Origin: Psammoneis japonica
Lineage: Eukaryota
DNA: 64,000 nt
Assembly (NCBI GenBank): GCA_008632985.1
Contig: QPGO01000054.1
Location: 343,050-407,049 of the forward strand
Direction of reading: 5' to 3'
The position numbers were made by a program, and so were the translations under genes. Shown piece after piece: positions 12,335 through 24,220 of this stretch. The notes beneath the pieces are model-generated. The model worked only from the letters and a program-made list of their open reading frames with translations. It was not told the DNA's origin and did not search any database. The first letter of the stretch is position 1; each line of letters starts with the position of its first letter.

Positions 12335-13412
12335 AAGTCGCTGTCGTACGAGTCTTTCAGGTCACTGATTGTGGCAAGGACACGTTCCATCTCCGGAACA
12401 CTATCCTGAAGCACGTCTTCATCGTCTTGATCGTTCATAGCTTCCTCCAAAGAAATAGGCGTAAAAGGGTCCGTGTCCTCAGATGCTGTACTTTCTGTCA
12501 GGGTCACCGATAGGTTGTCTTTCAAGGATTCCGATAGTTCTTCCTTCAAGGAATCAGGTATCTCCTCTTTCAAGGTTTCAGACAAATCTTGTTTTAGACT
12601 GGCTGACAACTGATCCGACAAAGTCTTGGGTGTGCTATCGCTCAAAGTTTTAGCCGGTTCAGGTTGCGGCTCGGCATCTGGAGACGTGCTGCTTGCGGCA
12701 GAAAGAGGTGGGGTGTTGTCTTCGTCCGTATCTTCTTTGGTCTTACCTTCCTTTGTCCGCTTCCACTCTGCCAGCGCCTCAAAGTATTTCTTCTTCTCTT
12801 CCTCGGCGCCTTGTTCATACCAATACCTTCTATCGGTACCAAGATTATTCCACTTGGCCGCAATGACACGCGCCATTTCTCCGAATCCCAAGCCACGACG
12901 GGTATCAGGCGAAGCGTCTCCGCGGATCATGCGTTCCCTTTCTTCCTGAAAGAAAAGATTATAGGCTGACAATTTGCAAGAGCAAGACATGAGACTGGCG
13001 GGCAAAAAGGAAAATCCATGTTCCCGGATTGGGCCGCAATACCGGCAAGAAACCGACAACTGTTGAACACAGAAGATGAACAAACACACGCACCGGAAAG
13101 GGGGCGCTTCGGTTTATCCTTGGGCTTCCGCCACTTTTTCCGTCGTGGGCGTTTCTTTTTTGGTGGTCTAACATCCACTGGTTTCGCCATCATTTGTGCT
13201 GCCAATTGTTGCGGTGTAGCTGGAAATCCCCTCCCGTTTGCCAGACTCATGAGAATCGACGTACTTAGATTCATTTGCTGTTGCTGATGTTGGTTCGCTG
13301 TTTGCATGGCATTTGCCATTTCCCATGGGTTATTATTGAAGCATTGTATGAAGGATTCAGCCGGGAACTGACCACGGCTATCAAAATGCATGTTGTGAGG
13401 ATTATTGTTCAT
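12301..13412 (-). CDS. HMG-box protein (paralogue A), 2 exons
   Basis: KPKDKPKRPLS|AYNLFFQEERERM...GFGEMARVIAAKW after splicing intron 12966-13093; start codon uncertain. Confidence 0.88.
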
Positions 13413-14617
13413 ATTACTGGTCGACAGCAAGAGAGGAAGCACTTTGCGTTAGATTCGATACGAAGGGACAGCGACAAAGGAAAGGCAGACTCAACGGGAT
13501 GGGTATCATGTCGCCCACCGCAGCTGTGCTTACCTGGGCAGAGGCAGGGCGAAGCTTCCCGCTTTGTGCAAGTGAAAGAAATGAGATGCAGGCAAAAAAG
13601 TGAATGAAAGATTTTCCCATGTTCCTGCGGTCCAGCGGGTGGATCGCGCCAAGGTGGGTGGCGGAAATCGATAATTGTTGTATTTATTTATTATCCTGGC
13701 TACTATACCCACGTAATCATACGTAGAAATGATAGTTTTTATTGGAGAGACAGACAAAATTGCAAAGAAAGCGTGTTAAATGGTTTTATATGAATTTTAA
13801 TAAAGTATGGATACATATAAAGAGAAGAAGCGAACCTCCTATGTCTTCGAAGACATATCCGTTAAGTAGCGGGGAAAGGTGAGACAAACCGAAAATCCTC
13901 CTCTCACATAATCGCTCTTCAGCGCTGTGCGTGTGAACACTTCACATCTCTCACACATTAGCATCTTGTACGACTAAGAAGAAGAATCCATTTCACGAGC
14001 CTGCCGTACCGGTACTCCGCAGTATGGATGTTGTATTCCTTTCACTGCTAAAGAGAGACATACTGCACTCTACTCCCTCTTCTCGTAGCGATAGTCACTC
14101 CCTCTTAGAAGTAGAGAGCGTCGAACGGAATCGTGCATACTGTTAAATGCAGCCGAAAGCGAACCAGTGAACTATTTGCAGTGTTATCCGTAAACTGGCA
14201 ATGGTTCTAGAGTAGCTTCCAAAACCAATCCCTCCGTTGGCTGGCTGCTGCGGCATTCCTGACGACCGTCGTCGTGTCCGGCCGCGCGCACTAGGGAGGT
14301 CTGCACGTCCGGCCATCGCTCGCGTGACGGAACACAAGATGACCTACAGTACCGGTACAAATTAGAAAACTACTACTCTAGCTAGCTAGTAGTAGGCCGT
14401 GTCATCACAGGATACAGTGGGCTTGATAGAATTGAGAATCCCTAACTTCAGGCTACGTGGATGTCGTTCCCACCTAAGCAGTTCATGAAACCTTTCCTAC
14501 ATTTGGTTGATTCATTACTTTGTCTCTACCGGTAGAGCGGGTCGACAGAAATGTGTAGTAGGATGAGATGCTACTGAGCCTTATGATGTGTATTCTTCCT
14601 TGTCTCTCTTGTTCAGC

Positions 14618-16183
14618 TCAGGCGCCTGAGCCCACGACCTCGTTTTCAAACCAATCGCTCTGATCAATATTGAAAACATCTCCATTAGCACTCATTTGCA
14701 GCCGCATTGGAGGCCACGTTTGTCCTTGCACAACCACTAGTTGCAAGTTGTCTACATCGTCGACCGTTTCGATTTTTGCAGTTTCGACCCCTAGATTTCG
14801 ATGAATGAATTTTACAGGCAGGTCGTAAGTGTCATTCACATCTTCATAAAAGTCTTCAAAGAAAGCAGCATTGGCCACAATGTCTGGATCTGCATGGGCA
14901 AAAATAACCAATGTTAGTGCCTCAGGGGATTCTTCCACATTGGATTTAATCCAATCCAAATTGGCTTCCAACCGACGGTCCCATTCATCTGTATCCTTGT
15001 TCTCGCCACCGACCAGGTTGATCCCGACAAACAAAATCTTCTTGTACAAGAAGGCAAAGTTCTCCTCATATCCTTCATCCGTCTGTCGACGGACAGTATA
15101 CAACTCGGATTCTGGCCAGAACTTGACTTCATAGTTCAACACCGTGTCATACCACAACTCCAACGCTCCTTCTGGATCGGTGCAATCATTGTACTCATTG
15201 TCACCCACCACGAAAAAGGTAGGAACACTGGCATTGCTGTAGAGTCGTTCGACCGCATCATAGGATGCTTCACTGCAATTGGTAAGGGACGGGCTGTTCC
15301 AGTCTCCCAAGTGAACAAGAAACGCACGGCCGTCGTCATCGGGAAGAGCACCCAAGTCGCGTGGCAAATTCTGAGCAGTCGTTCCCTGAAATCGTCCGGC
15401 AATGGCATAAAAGGTAACAATGTCCTCTCCTTCACTTGTGGGAGAAAGGGAAGGATTCAACGTATCAGGCTCTTCTGTTGGAGCACTTGAGGGCCGCATC
15501 GTTGGAATCCCTGTCGGGGCCGGAGTGATGGTTGGTGCAGACGTAACTGTAGGTGCCGCAGTCGTTGGAGCTTTTGACGGCATGGACGTCGTTGGAGCAA
15601 ACGTTGGTGATGTCGTGGGTGGTTTCGGAGGCGTGGGTGGAAACGTAAGTTGCGTAATTGCAGAAGAATCATCCTTATTATCATCGTTCGATGCCAATAC
15701 CGCTGCAACAATCACCAGAACAATTGCACCCACCAACAGAGCAATGCTAATGATAATGATTGCTCGAAAGTATGGAGGCGCTGATTTCACCCAACTCGGT
15801 ATAAAACCATCTTGACTGTCCTCCAACTCATCCAGATCGACGGGAGTCGTGATTACTTTGGGAGGAGGGGGCGGTGGAGGGGGTGGGGGGCGCGTCACTG
15901 AATGCTCATCGACTCCCAACATGGAAGGCTCGTCCCCCTCGACGACATCAAACGATTTCATGGGTCGCGACGGTCCACCATAATTCGAAGTACCAATCGA
16001 AGACTCATCATCAACGCGAGACGTTCCATTCCTCGTAGTATCCCCCGGCAGCATCAAGCTTTCTCCATCCAACGATACACCCGTGTCGCCAATCAACGAC
16101 CCGACTCCATCCGTCGCGGGAGGTGCCTCCTTTTTCGAACGGGTAGGGCTTGGAATTTTTGTTCCTTTTATTCTAGACAACAT
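14618..16183 (-). CDS. Single-pass membrane protein with Pro/Thr-rich (PT) stalk and calcineurin-like metallophosphoesterase domain
   Basis: TM segment IIIISIALLVGAIVLVIVAAVLA, PTxAPT repeats, VHLGDW and VVGDNEYNDC motifs; intronless 521 aa. Confidence 0.8.
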   Translation of the reverse strand: MLSRIKGTKIPSPTRSKKEAPPATDGVGSLIGDTGVSLDGESLMLPGDTTRNGTSRVDDESSIGTSNYGGPSRPMKSFDVVEGDEPSMLGVDEHSVTRPPPPPPPPPPKVITTPVDLDELEDSQDGFIPSWVKSAPPYFRAIIIISIALLVGAIVLVIVAAVLASNDDNKDDSSAITQLTFPPTPPKPPTTSPTFAPTTSMPSKAPTTAAPTVTSAPTITPAPTGIPTMRPSSAPTEEPDTLNPSLSPTSEGEDIVTFYAIAGRFQGTTAQNLPRDLGALPDDDGRAFLVHLGDWNSPSLTNCSEASYDAVERLYSNASVPTFFVVGDNEYNDCTDPEGALELWYDTVLNYEVKFWPESELYTVRRQTDEGYEENFAFLYKKILFVGINLVGGENKDTDEWDRRLEANLDWIKSNVEESPEALTLVIFAHADPDIVANAAFFEDFYEDVNDTYDLPVKFIHRNLGVETAKIETVDDVDNLQLVVVQGQTWPPMRLQMSANGDVFNIDQSDWFENEVVGSGA

Positions 16184-17619
16184 CTTTTCATCCTCCCCCT
16201 GCTTCTGACAGCAATGTGATAGATACCTTAGCTACTCTTTGCTTTCAACGACGACAGCAACGAACTCAGAACAACAACAACACACTTCTTGTGGCTGGTG
16301 CGTGTTCCATTCTGATTCGTTGCGAAACTGCTATCGTGGCAATTTTGATTTTTGAGATACGAGACGCACGTGGAATTCTACATCAATAAAAAACTTCATT
16401 CTTGAAGGTTACATTGGCTTTTTCACGTATTATATTCATTCGATTATGAAGGTGGTTTTTGAACGTTGACCTTATGTATAGATACGGTCGCGTATGTTGC
16501 ATCAAAAAATCAATCTTGTCAATTTCAAATAATGATGGCCCAGCAGGGCCAAGAAAGAAAAAAACAAGCGACCAGCAAAGAACTTTTGATCGATCATGGC
16601 AAAGATCTTGCATGAGTTGTTCCTCCCTCAACCATGTTACTTACAGCACAGGTCCAAGCTTCCATCTCTAGAGTTTCTGGTTAATTTTGACTGTCACCCA
16701 TTGTCGCAGCAGCAGAGCACAGCTTGCTTGGCTGGCAAAGTGCCAGCGCTTCAGAGAGCCAAAAGAGACGAGCGGCATGTTGTTTTCAAACAATTGGCCA
16801 GGTGGCTCAAATGAAGTTCATTGCTCAGTTGGGTGTCAAACAGTGAGACAAAATCTCCATGAGATGTGGTGTGTCATTGGGCAGGGGGGGGGGGGACAAG
16901 AAGGGAGAGACAAAAATGGCACCGCCATGATTGTCAAGAGGTGCAACAAGAATGGCCGGGGTCATCTTTTCATCAGTGGTTTCCTCCAATGGCATGACAG
17001 AGTTTTTTCCATGCCAAACATTGTTGTGTTCTTTGGCTTTGTGTTGAGGCTTCACATTGGCTGGTGGCAAAGCAGCTGGGACACAACCAAAAGCAATGAG
17101 ATCAGTCAAAAGAGCGCGCGTTGCCATGTGGTGGCACCAGCAGCTGCCCAAAGGGCCACCTGCAGGATGCACTCTTGAACTGAGAGGAGGTGTTGGAGGT
17201 GCAGCATCAACTCCAGCAGTCTTCTCAGCAGACACAAAATCACCTGCGATGGCCAGTGTCTCTGCCTGATTTTTTATGGCTGTCATGTGTCATCGCATTT
17301 CTCAGCAGCCACAGGAGCAGGAGCCACAGAGCAGCAGGCACAGGAGATGGCCAGAGAAACAAGATCACAAAAATGCTCCACTGCATGCATGTGTGCTGCA
17401 TTTTTTGGCAAAAAAGCCAACTTTGGATCCCACAAAATGCTTCAAATGAAGTTGGTTTTGAGTGTGCATGTGTTGGCAGCAGCATCACAGACAGTCTGGG
17501 CAAGGGCAGGGACAGTCACATCATTGTTCCACTGCAGCAAAGCAGCCTGTCACTTTGGGTGTTGGGCAGTTGCCTCTTGTTCATGTGGGCATGCAAAAGT
17601 CAGAGATCCAAAGGCTGTG

Positions 17620-18550
17620 GCAGCTGCATGAGTGGAAGGGTGGTGTTGTCAATTTTTGTTTTGTTGCAAAATGCTGAGCTGCACCTGGGCAGGGTCGAGG
17701 CTGATGCCTTGGTGGTCTGTTGCAGCAAGAAGGCAATGTGCCAGCAACAACCACATTGGAGCAAATCTTGTTGATGTGAGTGGCAATGTGGGCATCACAG
17801 TTGGCTGCATTTTTCTGGAAGCAAACACAAGCATGCCTGGTTTCAATGCTGCTGAGCTGGTGCCAGAAAGGTCATTGTTGGCCTTGGTTGACAAGAAAGT
17901 TTCATGATCAGAAACACACAATGTCACCTGCAGTGGGCACACTGGCACAGATCCTGTGCACTCCAAAATGACATGGTGAGTTGCAGAGATGCTGATGGAA
18001 CTGTTGTGAGTGCCAAGATGACCGGCCAGGTTGCAAGGTGTGGAGGTGTTGCACCACAAAGCTTTGAGAGAATGAGTCTCTCTGAGATTCTTGTTGCTGT
18101 GTTGGTGCTGCACAGCAACCAAACAAGATTGCTCTGGCTGCAAGCAAAAATCTCCACAGAGATCTGGTTGCCATTGGTGTGCTGGACAAGTTTGTGTGTG
18201 TGTCTTGCCTCTGTCCAGCAAGGGTGCTTGCAGGATTCTTCTGATCTTGCTTCCTCATGACAAGTGAGTTGGCTCGCTGCTGCCATTGTTGTGCACCCCC
18301 TGCTGGCTTTTTTGGTCTTGCCACCCATCCACACACTGCAAGGTGAAAAGCACATGTGCTTTTGCTGATTGGGTGGGATGAGAAGGGCTTGCGCAGCTGT
18401 GTGTTAGTTTGACCAATGCTCAGGCACCTCCAAAGTGGAGGCACCAGCTGCACATGCTCAAGTTTCCAGCCAAGCAACAGAGCAAAAAGACCAACAAAAA
18501 CTTTGAAGTTTTTGTGATGAAAGAAGTGCTGGTTTGTTTGTGCATGAGTC
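17620..18550 (+). repeat. Diverged direct repeat, copy 1 (copy 2 at about 22730-24220)
   Basis: Shared blocks gctgcacctgggcag, ggagcaaatcttgtt, gagctggtgccagaaagg, gcaagcaaaaatctccac, cctccaaagtgga, ccaacaaaaactttgaag in the same order. Confidence 0.9.
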
Positions 18551-18799
18551 ATGACATTCAGTGTGGGTGGCCACACTGGCACATGCTGCGCATTGAAAAT
18601 GCACCAGTTCAATGACTCAGTCCCACATTTTGTTCCAATGCATGAAAATTTCTGATGCCATTGCATTTTTCATTTGTCCTCCATCAATGCATCATCCATG
18701 GTTTGTTCCTTTCCTTTTTAATCCCCCAGTCTGTCTGTGGTTGCTTCCATTGGCTTTCATTTTTGCAAATCATTGCCAAACATCAACCCAAGTGGCAGC

Positions 18800-19750
18800 C
18801 TGTTGCTGTGCCTCCAGGAACCACAAATCTGGGTTTTTGATGTTTTCATCATCCTCGTCCTCTGCCTGCAACTGATTGCCATCATCTTGGGTTTCTTCTC
18901 TGCTGTCCATGCACTCCCAGAACTCCTTTGACCAAACTTCTTTGTTGCACACCTCTGCATCCTCGTTCAATCTCTGCTTGTGGATCTGTTTTCTCAAGTC
19001 TTGGCACCTCTCCAGCCCTTGCTTGTTCCAACCGTGATTTTTTTCTCACTTGCCACTCCCATTGCTGCTTTTTGCATTTGGAATGAGCTCCTTGTCTCCA
19101 TTTTCCTTCAAGTCTTCCTTCATTGTGCTGTGCATGTGTGTCTGTCACTTGCTCCAATTGTTCTCCAAAATCAGCAGGCCGAGGAATGCCTCATTGCTCA
19201 CAGACACCAACGACCTGTTCAAGCCACATCTTGACTTGAACACATGCTTCCACAACATCTTTCCCACCACAACTGGCAGGAAGTGTGTGATGAAATGGCT
19301 TTGGGCCATCATGTTGTTCCCCCTGCCCCTCTCTGGCATTTCCTCTAGAGATGGCATCTTGGCATTGCTTTCTGCTTGAGTGTTCCTCTTTTTGTGATCC
19401 ATGCACCCTGTGAACTCACAAAACACCAAGCAATGTGTGTTGGCAGTGTCGCAGTTCCCCATCCATGGCACACTCCATTTTGATGCAGTGCTTGCACAGA
19501 AGAATTCTTTCTTCAGTTCCCCCCATTGGTGTTGTTCCTCTTTCTTGTTGTTTGCCTTCATGCCTTGTCCTTCAACATGTCCCAAGTTTGTGCTCTCCTT
19601 TCTTGGGGCACGGCAAGCTTGGATGGCACTGTCTTTGCAACCCTTCCACTCTTGCTGTTGTCAAGAGCCTTTTGATTTAGAAACTTGTGCTGTCTAAACA
19701 ATGCACTCTTGCAGCAGCTCTCCAGCACAATCTTGTCCCTGTCACTCATT
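18800..19750 (-). pseudogene. Relic of a transposon accessory-type ORF
   Basis: Fragments CKSALFRQHKFLN, VSVSNEAFLGLLILENNWSKW and HGWNKQGLERCQDLRKQ resemble the LFR-KF / SDEAF-L-LENN-W / GW-G-RY-L pattern I recall from diatom DNA-transposon ORFs; frameshifted and Tyr-free. Confidence 0.5.
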
Positions 19751-20059
19751 TTGTTGCTGTGTTGCTTTTTCTTGGCAAACAACCTGCAAGGAAAGATGCT
19801 TGTCACACCTGCAAGGTTTAACTTTTGGCCTCTGCTTGATGAATGAAAAGGCAGCAAAAAAGACAAAGGAAATGAAGCCAAGTTCCAACTTGTTTTCCTG
19901 GGGCCCATGCATGCAGTGATGGTTGAACATGTCACATTGGCATGACCAGGGAGGCTGAGACTTGGGTGCACGCCACTCAGAAATGGTTCTCAAAAACACA
20001 GGGACTGGAGCTTCCACTGGCAGTGACAAACAAGCACATGTGCTGCACTGTCAGAATGC

Positions 20060-20200
20060 ATTGCCCCACCATGAAGTGCACAATTGGAGCCACAGAGGCA
20101 CACATTGAAGGTGTTGGCCAAGTGAGAGCTAACCCAAGGTGTCATTCTGGCAAACCCATTTGTGATTGGGTAAAATTTGCTCAAACTGGACAATCTGCTT
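20060..20200 (+). mobile_element. Plavaka-like transposase C-terminal fragment
   Basis: GATEAHIEGVGQVRANPRCHSGKPICDWVKF matches the recalled RAxPxY...PxYDW motif with Y->C. Confidence 0.45.
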
Positions 20201-22729
20201 GCCTTGGTGTGCCCCAGTGGGCAACCATCTTCTGCAGAGAGACACCAACCAGTTTAAGTCTCAATCATTTTTGAATGACACACAAAGACACACACATTGG
20301 TTGGGGATCCCATGTTTGATCCAAGCAAGGTGTCCTCCTTGAAAAGAAAGCAGGTGCTTGTGTTCAAAGACAACCTCACTCTCAAGGAAGAAGAGCCAAG
20401 ATGGGAAGTCAAAACCTAAGAACAAATGGGTCATGCAAGTGCACCTGAATGAATTTTAAAATGGCAGGGCAGTCCAGTTGACAAGAACAGTGCAGATTGT
20501 TCTCCTCCTGAAGAAAGCAACACTGCAAGCACCTGTTTGGGCTGCTGAATGCAGGCATTGACTGTGGGCAAACCGGCTCACCCTTCTTCCTGGGATCATC
20601 AAGTTTTTTGCAGAACTCATTGTCAAATTTTTCAATGTGCCACCCTCCCTGTCTTCCAGACAAATGGGCCTTTTTTGGATTGACAGTGGAAATGCATTCT
20701 CCGCCAAAAGGAGCACTCTGATGAAGGCTGCCTTTCACCCTGACAGCTTGTCCAATGTTTCTCTCATCAGTGAAAATGACTTCAATGAAGGCTTCTTTTG
20801 TGACAAACAGGTTGAGGTTTTGACCAAGATGAGCCATGTCAAAGAAGCAATTGCCCGAGTCCCTTGTGCACTTCTTGATGACAAAACCCTTGCAGACTCT
20901 GTCTTTGCCACCATGGCAATTGCCAAATTCTCCCAGCTGGTTTGTGAAGGCAGCACAAATGTTTTTCATTGCATTCTCCTCAGCTGTTTAATTGACTGTC
21001 TTTTTGCTGATGCAATGAAAAACAAGAACAGCACTGCAAATGTCCAAATGTGACATCCAGCGCTTCCTGTCAGCACAAATGGATGCTTGACCCCTGTCAA
21101 GATTGAGTGGCACAAAAGTGAGTGCAAGCAATGTGTGTCCAATGCTTGTGGCCAGCCCAACCCAGCTTGCAAAGTGAGGAAATGTTCTTCCAACACAGTT
21201 CTTTGGGGTCTTTGCACACCCTCCTGATGTTCTTGAGTCCTGGCCTCTCCATTGGGTGGGCACTTTCCGTGGATGGTTGACAGCTGCAGAGGAACTGCAG
21301 GAGAGGAGATTCTTGTGCAACACCATCATTGGGAAGCTCCGGTCCACACACAACTGGGTTGTTGATGCTGGGATGTGTTGCAGGCAAGCCAATCAACGAA
21401 CTGGTGGAATGACAAAAGGAGGGAGCGGATGCTTGAGAAGGTGCTGCTTGGACAGTGACAGATTTGTGTGGGGTCCGGGGTGCACAGACTCACAATGGAG
21501 AGTGAGTCTGGGGTGGAGACAGAGCTCACTCAGCTGCTGCAGCAGTGGGGGAGACAAAGATGCAGTGAGTTCACCAGGGAAAGCTGGTGAACAAAGTGGG
21601 TCCATCTTCAAGAAGGGGGGGGGGGGGGCTGTGAAGTGGTCTGCAAAAAAAAAACACTGACATTGAACACATCTCCAAAGCTGTGACATGATGTGTCATG
21701 GCAATCATCCACGCAAATGATCCTTCAACAGCTGCACTCTCTGCAAAGGTGGGAGTCATCATGCAATGAACCCTGGCAGTTTGCTCTCTGGCTTGCAAGC
21801 CCAAAAAGTGGGGTTTGGTGGCTGCGCTGCCAATGTGAGGAGGAAGCATGAGCTGCACCCTGACAAAATCATTGAAGGGGGGCATGTCAACTGACATTGC
21901 TGCACCCCCGTAGAAATGGGGGCCATTGGATGAACCCCAGCAGCAACATCAGAAAATTGTCAAGAAGCACAGAACAACCACAAGCTGTGCCCCCCTGCAA
22001 GCATCATGGGGGTCATGGGATGAATGTTGGCAGCACAGCAGACATCTCCAATGTCATCCAATGCCAACCCTGTGATGCAGCTCTGCAGAACTGTGAAGAA
22101 ATGAAGAATGGCTCTGGAGATGGTGACTTCCTCCCACTTTTGACTGCATTCTGATGCTGCTTCTTTGATGGGCGAGAGTGGCGACATCCCCTGCATGCCT
22201 TTAAACTGCCGGAAGGTGATGAATGGTGACCCATGATGAACAAAAACCAACAAGTGCTGCACAGCAGCAGGTGTGTGGTGGAGAAGTGTCACTGCAGTGC
22301 ACAAAAATTGTGAGCAAAATTCCAACTGAACAAAACAAAGATTTTGGAACAAACAAACTTGTGCATTGAGTGGGACATCAAACCATGGGGAAAAAAGAGT
22401 TGTTGATTGGCACAAAAAGAAAACAGCATCACCCTAAAAAAGCTTGTGATTTGTGCAGTGCATCCATTTGGAGAACACATGGGGAGGATGCCAGCTGGGA
22501 GAATTTGGAAGAAAATGTCTGTTTCATGTGAAGTGGGACAAATTAAAAATCCAGGAAGCATCAATTAAATTTCACCACATTGCAGGAGTCATGCAGGTGC
22601 TGTGGGAGTCATGCATGGTTTTGTGGAAAAATGCAGGTTTGTCACAATGAATGTGGGTTGTCCTGCATTTGAGGAACAAACACCCAACAGATTGATGCAA
22701 AACCTGCATGGAACTTGCCTCTGACAGTG

Positions 22730-24220
22730 TGGCAGCCACATGTGTGGAAGGGGGTGAAGTCATCAACTGCTTTGTTGCAAAAAAAAAAAACTGGGCTGCA
22801 CCTGGGCAGAGTTGAGGCTTGTGTCTTGGTGGTCCTGCAGCCAGAGAGAAGGCAAGCATCAGCAACAACCGCACTGGAGCAAATCTTGTTAAGATGAGTG
22901 GCAGCATGGGCATCACAATTTTGACCGCATTTTCCAGAAGCAGACAAGTGTGCCTGACTGCTGGGCAGTGGGTGAGCTGGTGCCAGAAAGGTTGTTGTTG
23001 ACCTTGGTTGATGAGAAAGTCATGTGGTCAGAAGCACGCATTGTCATCTGCAGGCACAGTGGCTGGCACACAAGATTCTGCACATTTTGAAATGACATGG
23101 GGGGGGGTGAGTTGTGAGTTGCAGGGATGCTGACAAAAATGTGAGATGACCAACCAGGCCACAAGGCATGGTGTCAGCCATGCAAAGCTTTGAGGATGGA
23201 TTGGCGAGCAGAGGCAAGTTTTTCATGTGCTCGTCACAATCATTTGAAAAAAGGATGTGTCACACCAAATGAGCACACTCGCCACAAAAATTACAGGGAT
23301 GGGCAGAACTTTGTCTGTTCATCAGATGTCACAGAGTGCACAAACAACAGTTGTGGCCACACCATGCAGAATGTTCAGCTTGTTGACTGCAGACATGTCC
23401 ACAGAGCCAGAAATGCCAATTGTTGGCATTTGTTCCTGGAAAGTTGTTTCTTGTCTCCCACAACCAAGCAGTGCATTTTTGGCAAAAACTGGCAGTTTGT
23501 GAAACAAACAGCTTCACCAAATCCAACAATTGGCAGCCCCGATGAGGGCCAGACACCCCATGAGCATTTGGGGATGCTCAGAGGCATTGCAAAACAACAC
23601 AGGTCAAGTGCCTCTGCTCTGCTTGACAGCCCATTGTCACAAGAGAATGGGTCTCTCTCAGAAATTGTTGCTGCCTGTGGCACTGGTGCACAGCAACCAA
23701 ATGCATTGAGAAGATCTCAACAACCAGACAGGATCATCCTGCAAGCAAAAATCTCCACGGTGATCTGGCTGCCATTGGCAAATGTTGAGCTGTCGGCATG
23801 TCCTGCCCCCCTGTGTGGTGAGGATGCTGGCAGGATTTTGATCTTGCTTTCTCTTGACAAGCAAGTTGCTGCCATTGTTGTGCACTCCCCATTGGTTTTG
23901 TTTGGTCTTGAAATCCATCACTCATTGCAAGGCAGAAAAATGCACATGCTTTGAGAACTCAGAATTTTCTGTGGCCACCCATCATGTCTCCACACTCTTG
24001 CTTGCAACAGGCACACATTTCAACCCTGCTGACTGGGTGGGACAGATGAGCAGGTGGCTTGTGCAGCTGCACTCCAGTTGACCAATGCTTGGGCTCCTCC
24101 AAAGTGGAAGCACCAGCAGCAAATGCTCAAGTTTCTAGCTCAAAAGTGGAGCAAGCATGCCAACAAAAACTTTGAAGCTGAGGTGATGAAAGATGCACCA
24201 CTGGCTCTTTTGTGCATGAT
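22730..24220 (+). repeat. Diverged direct repeat, copy 2, with about 440 bp extra (about 23205-23640)
   Basis: Colinear with 17620-18550; several differences are TG versus CA swaps. Confidence 0.9.
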
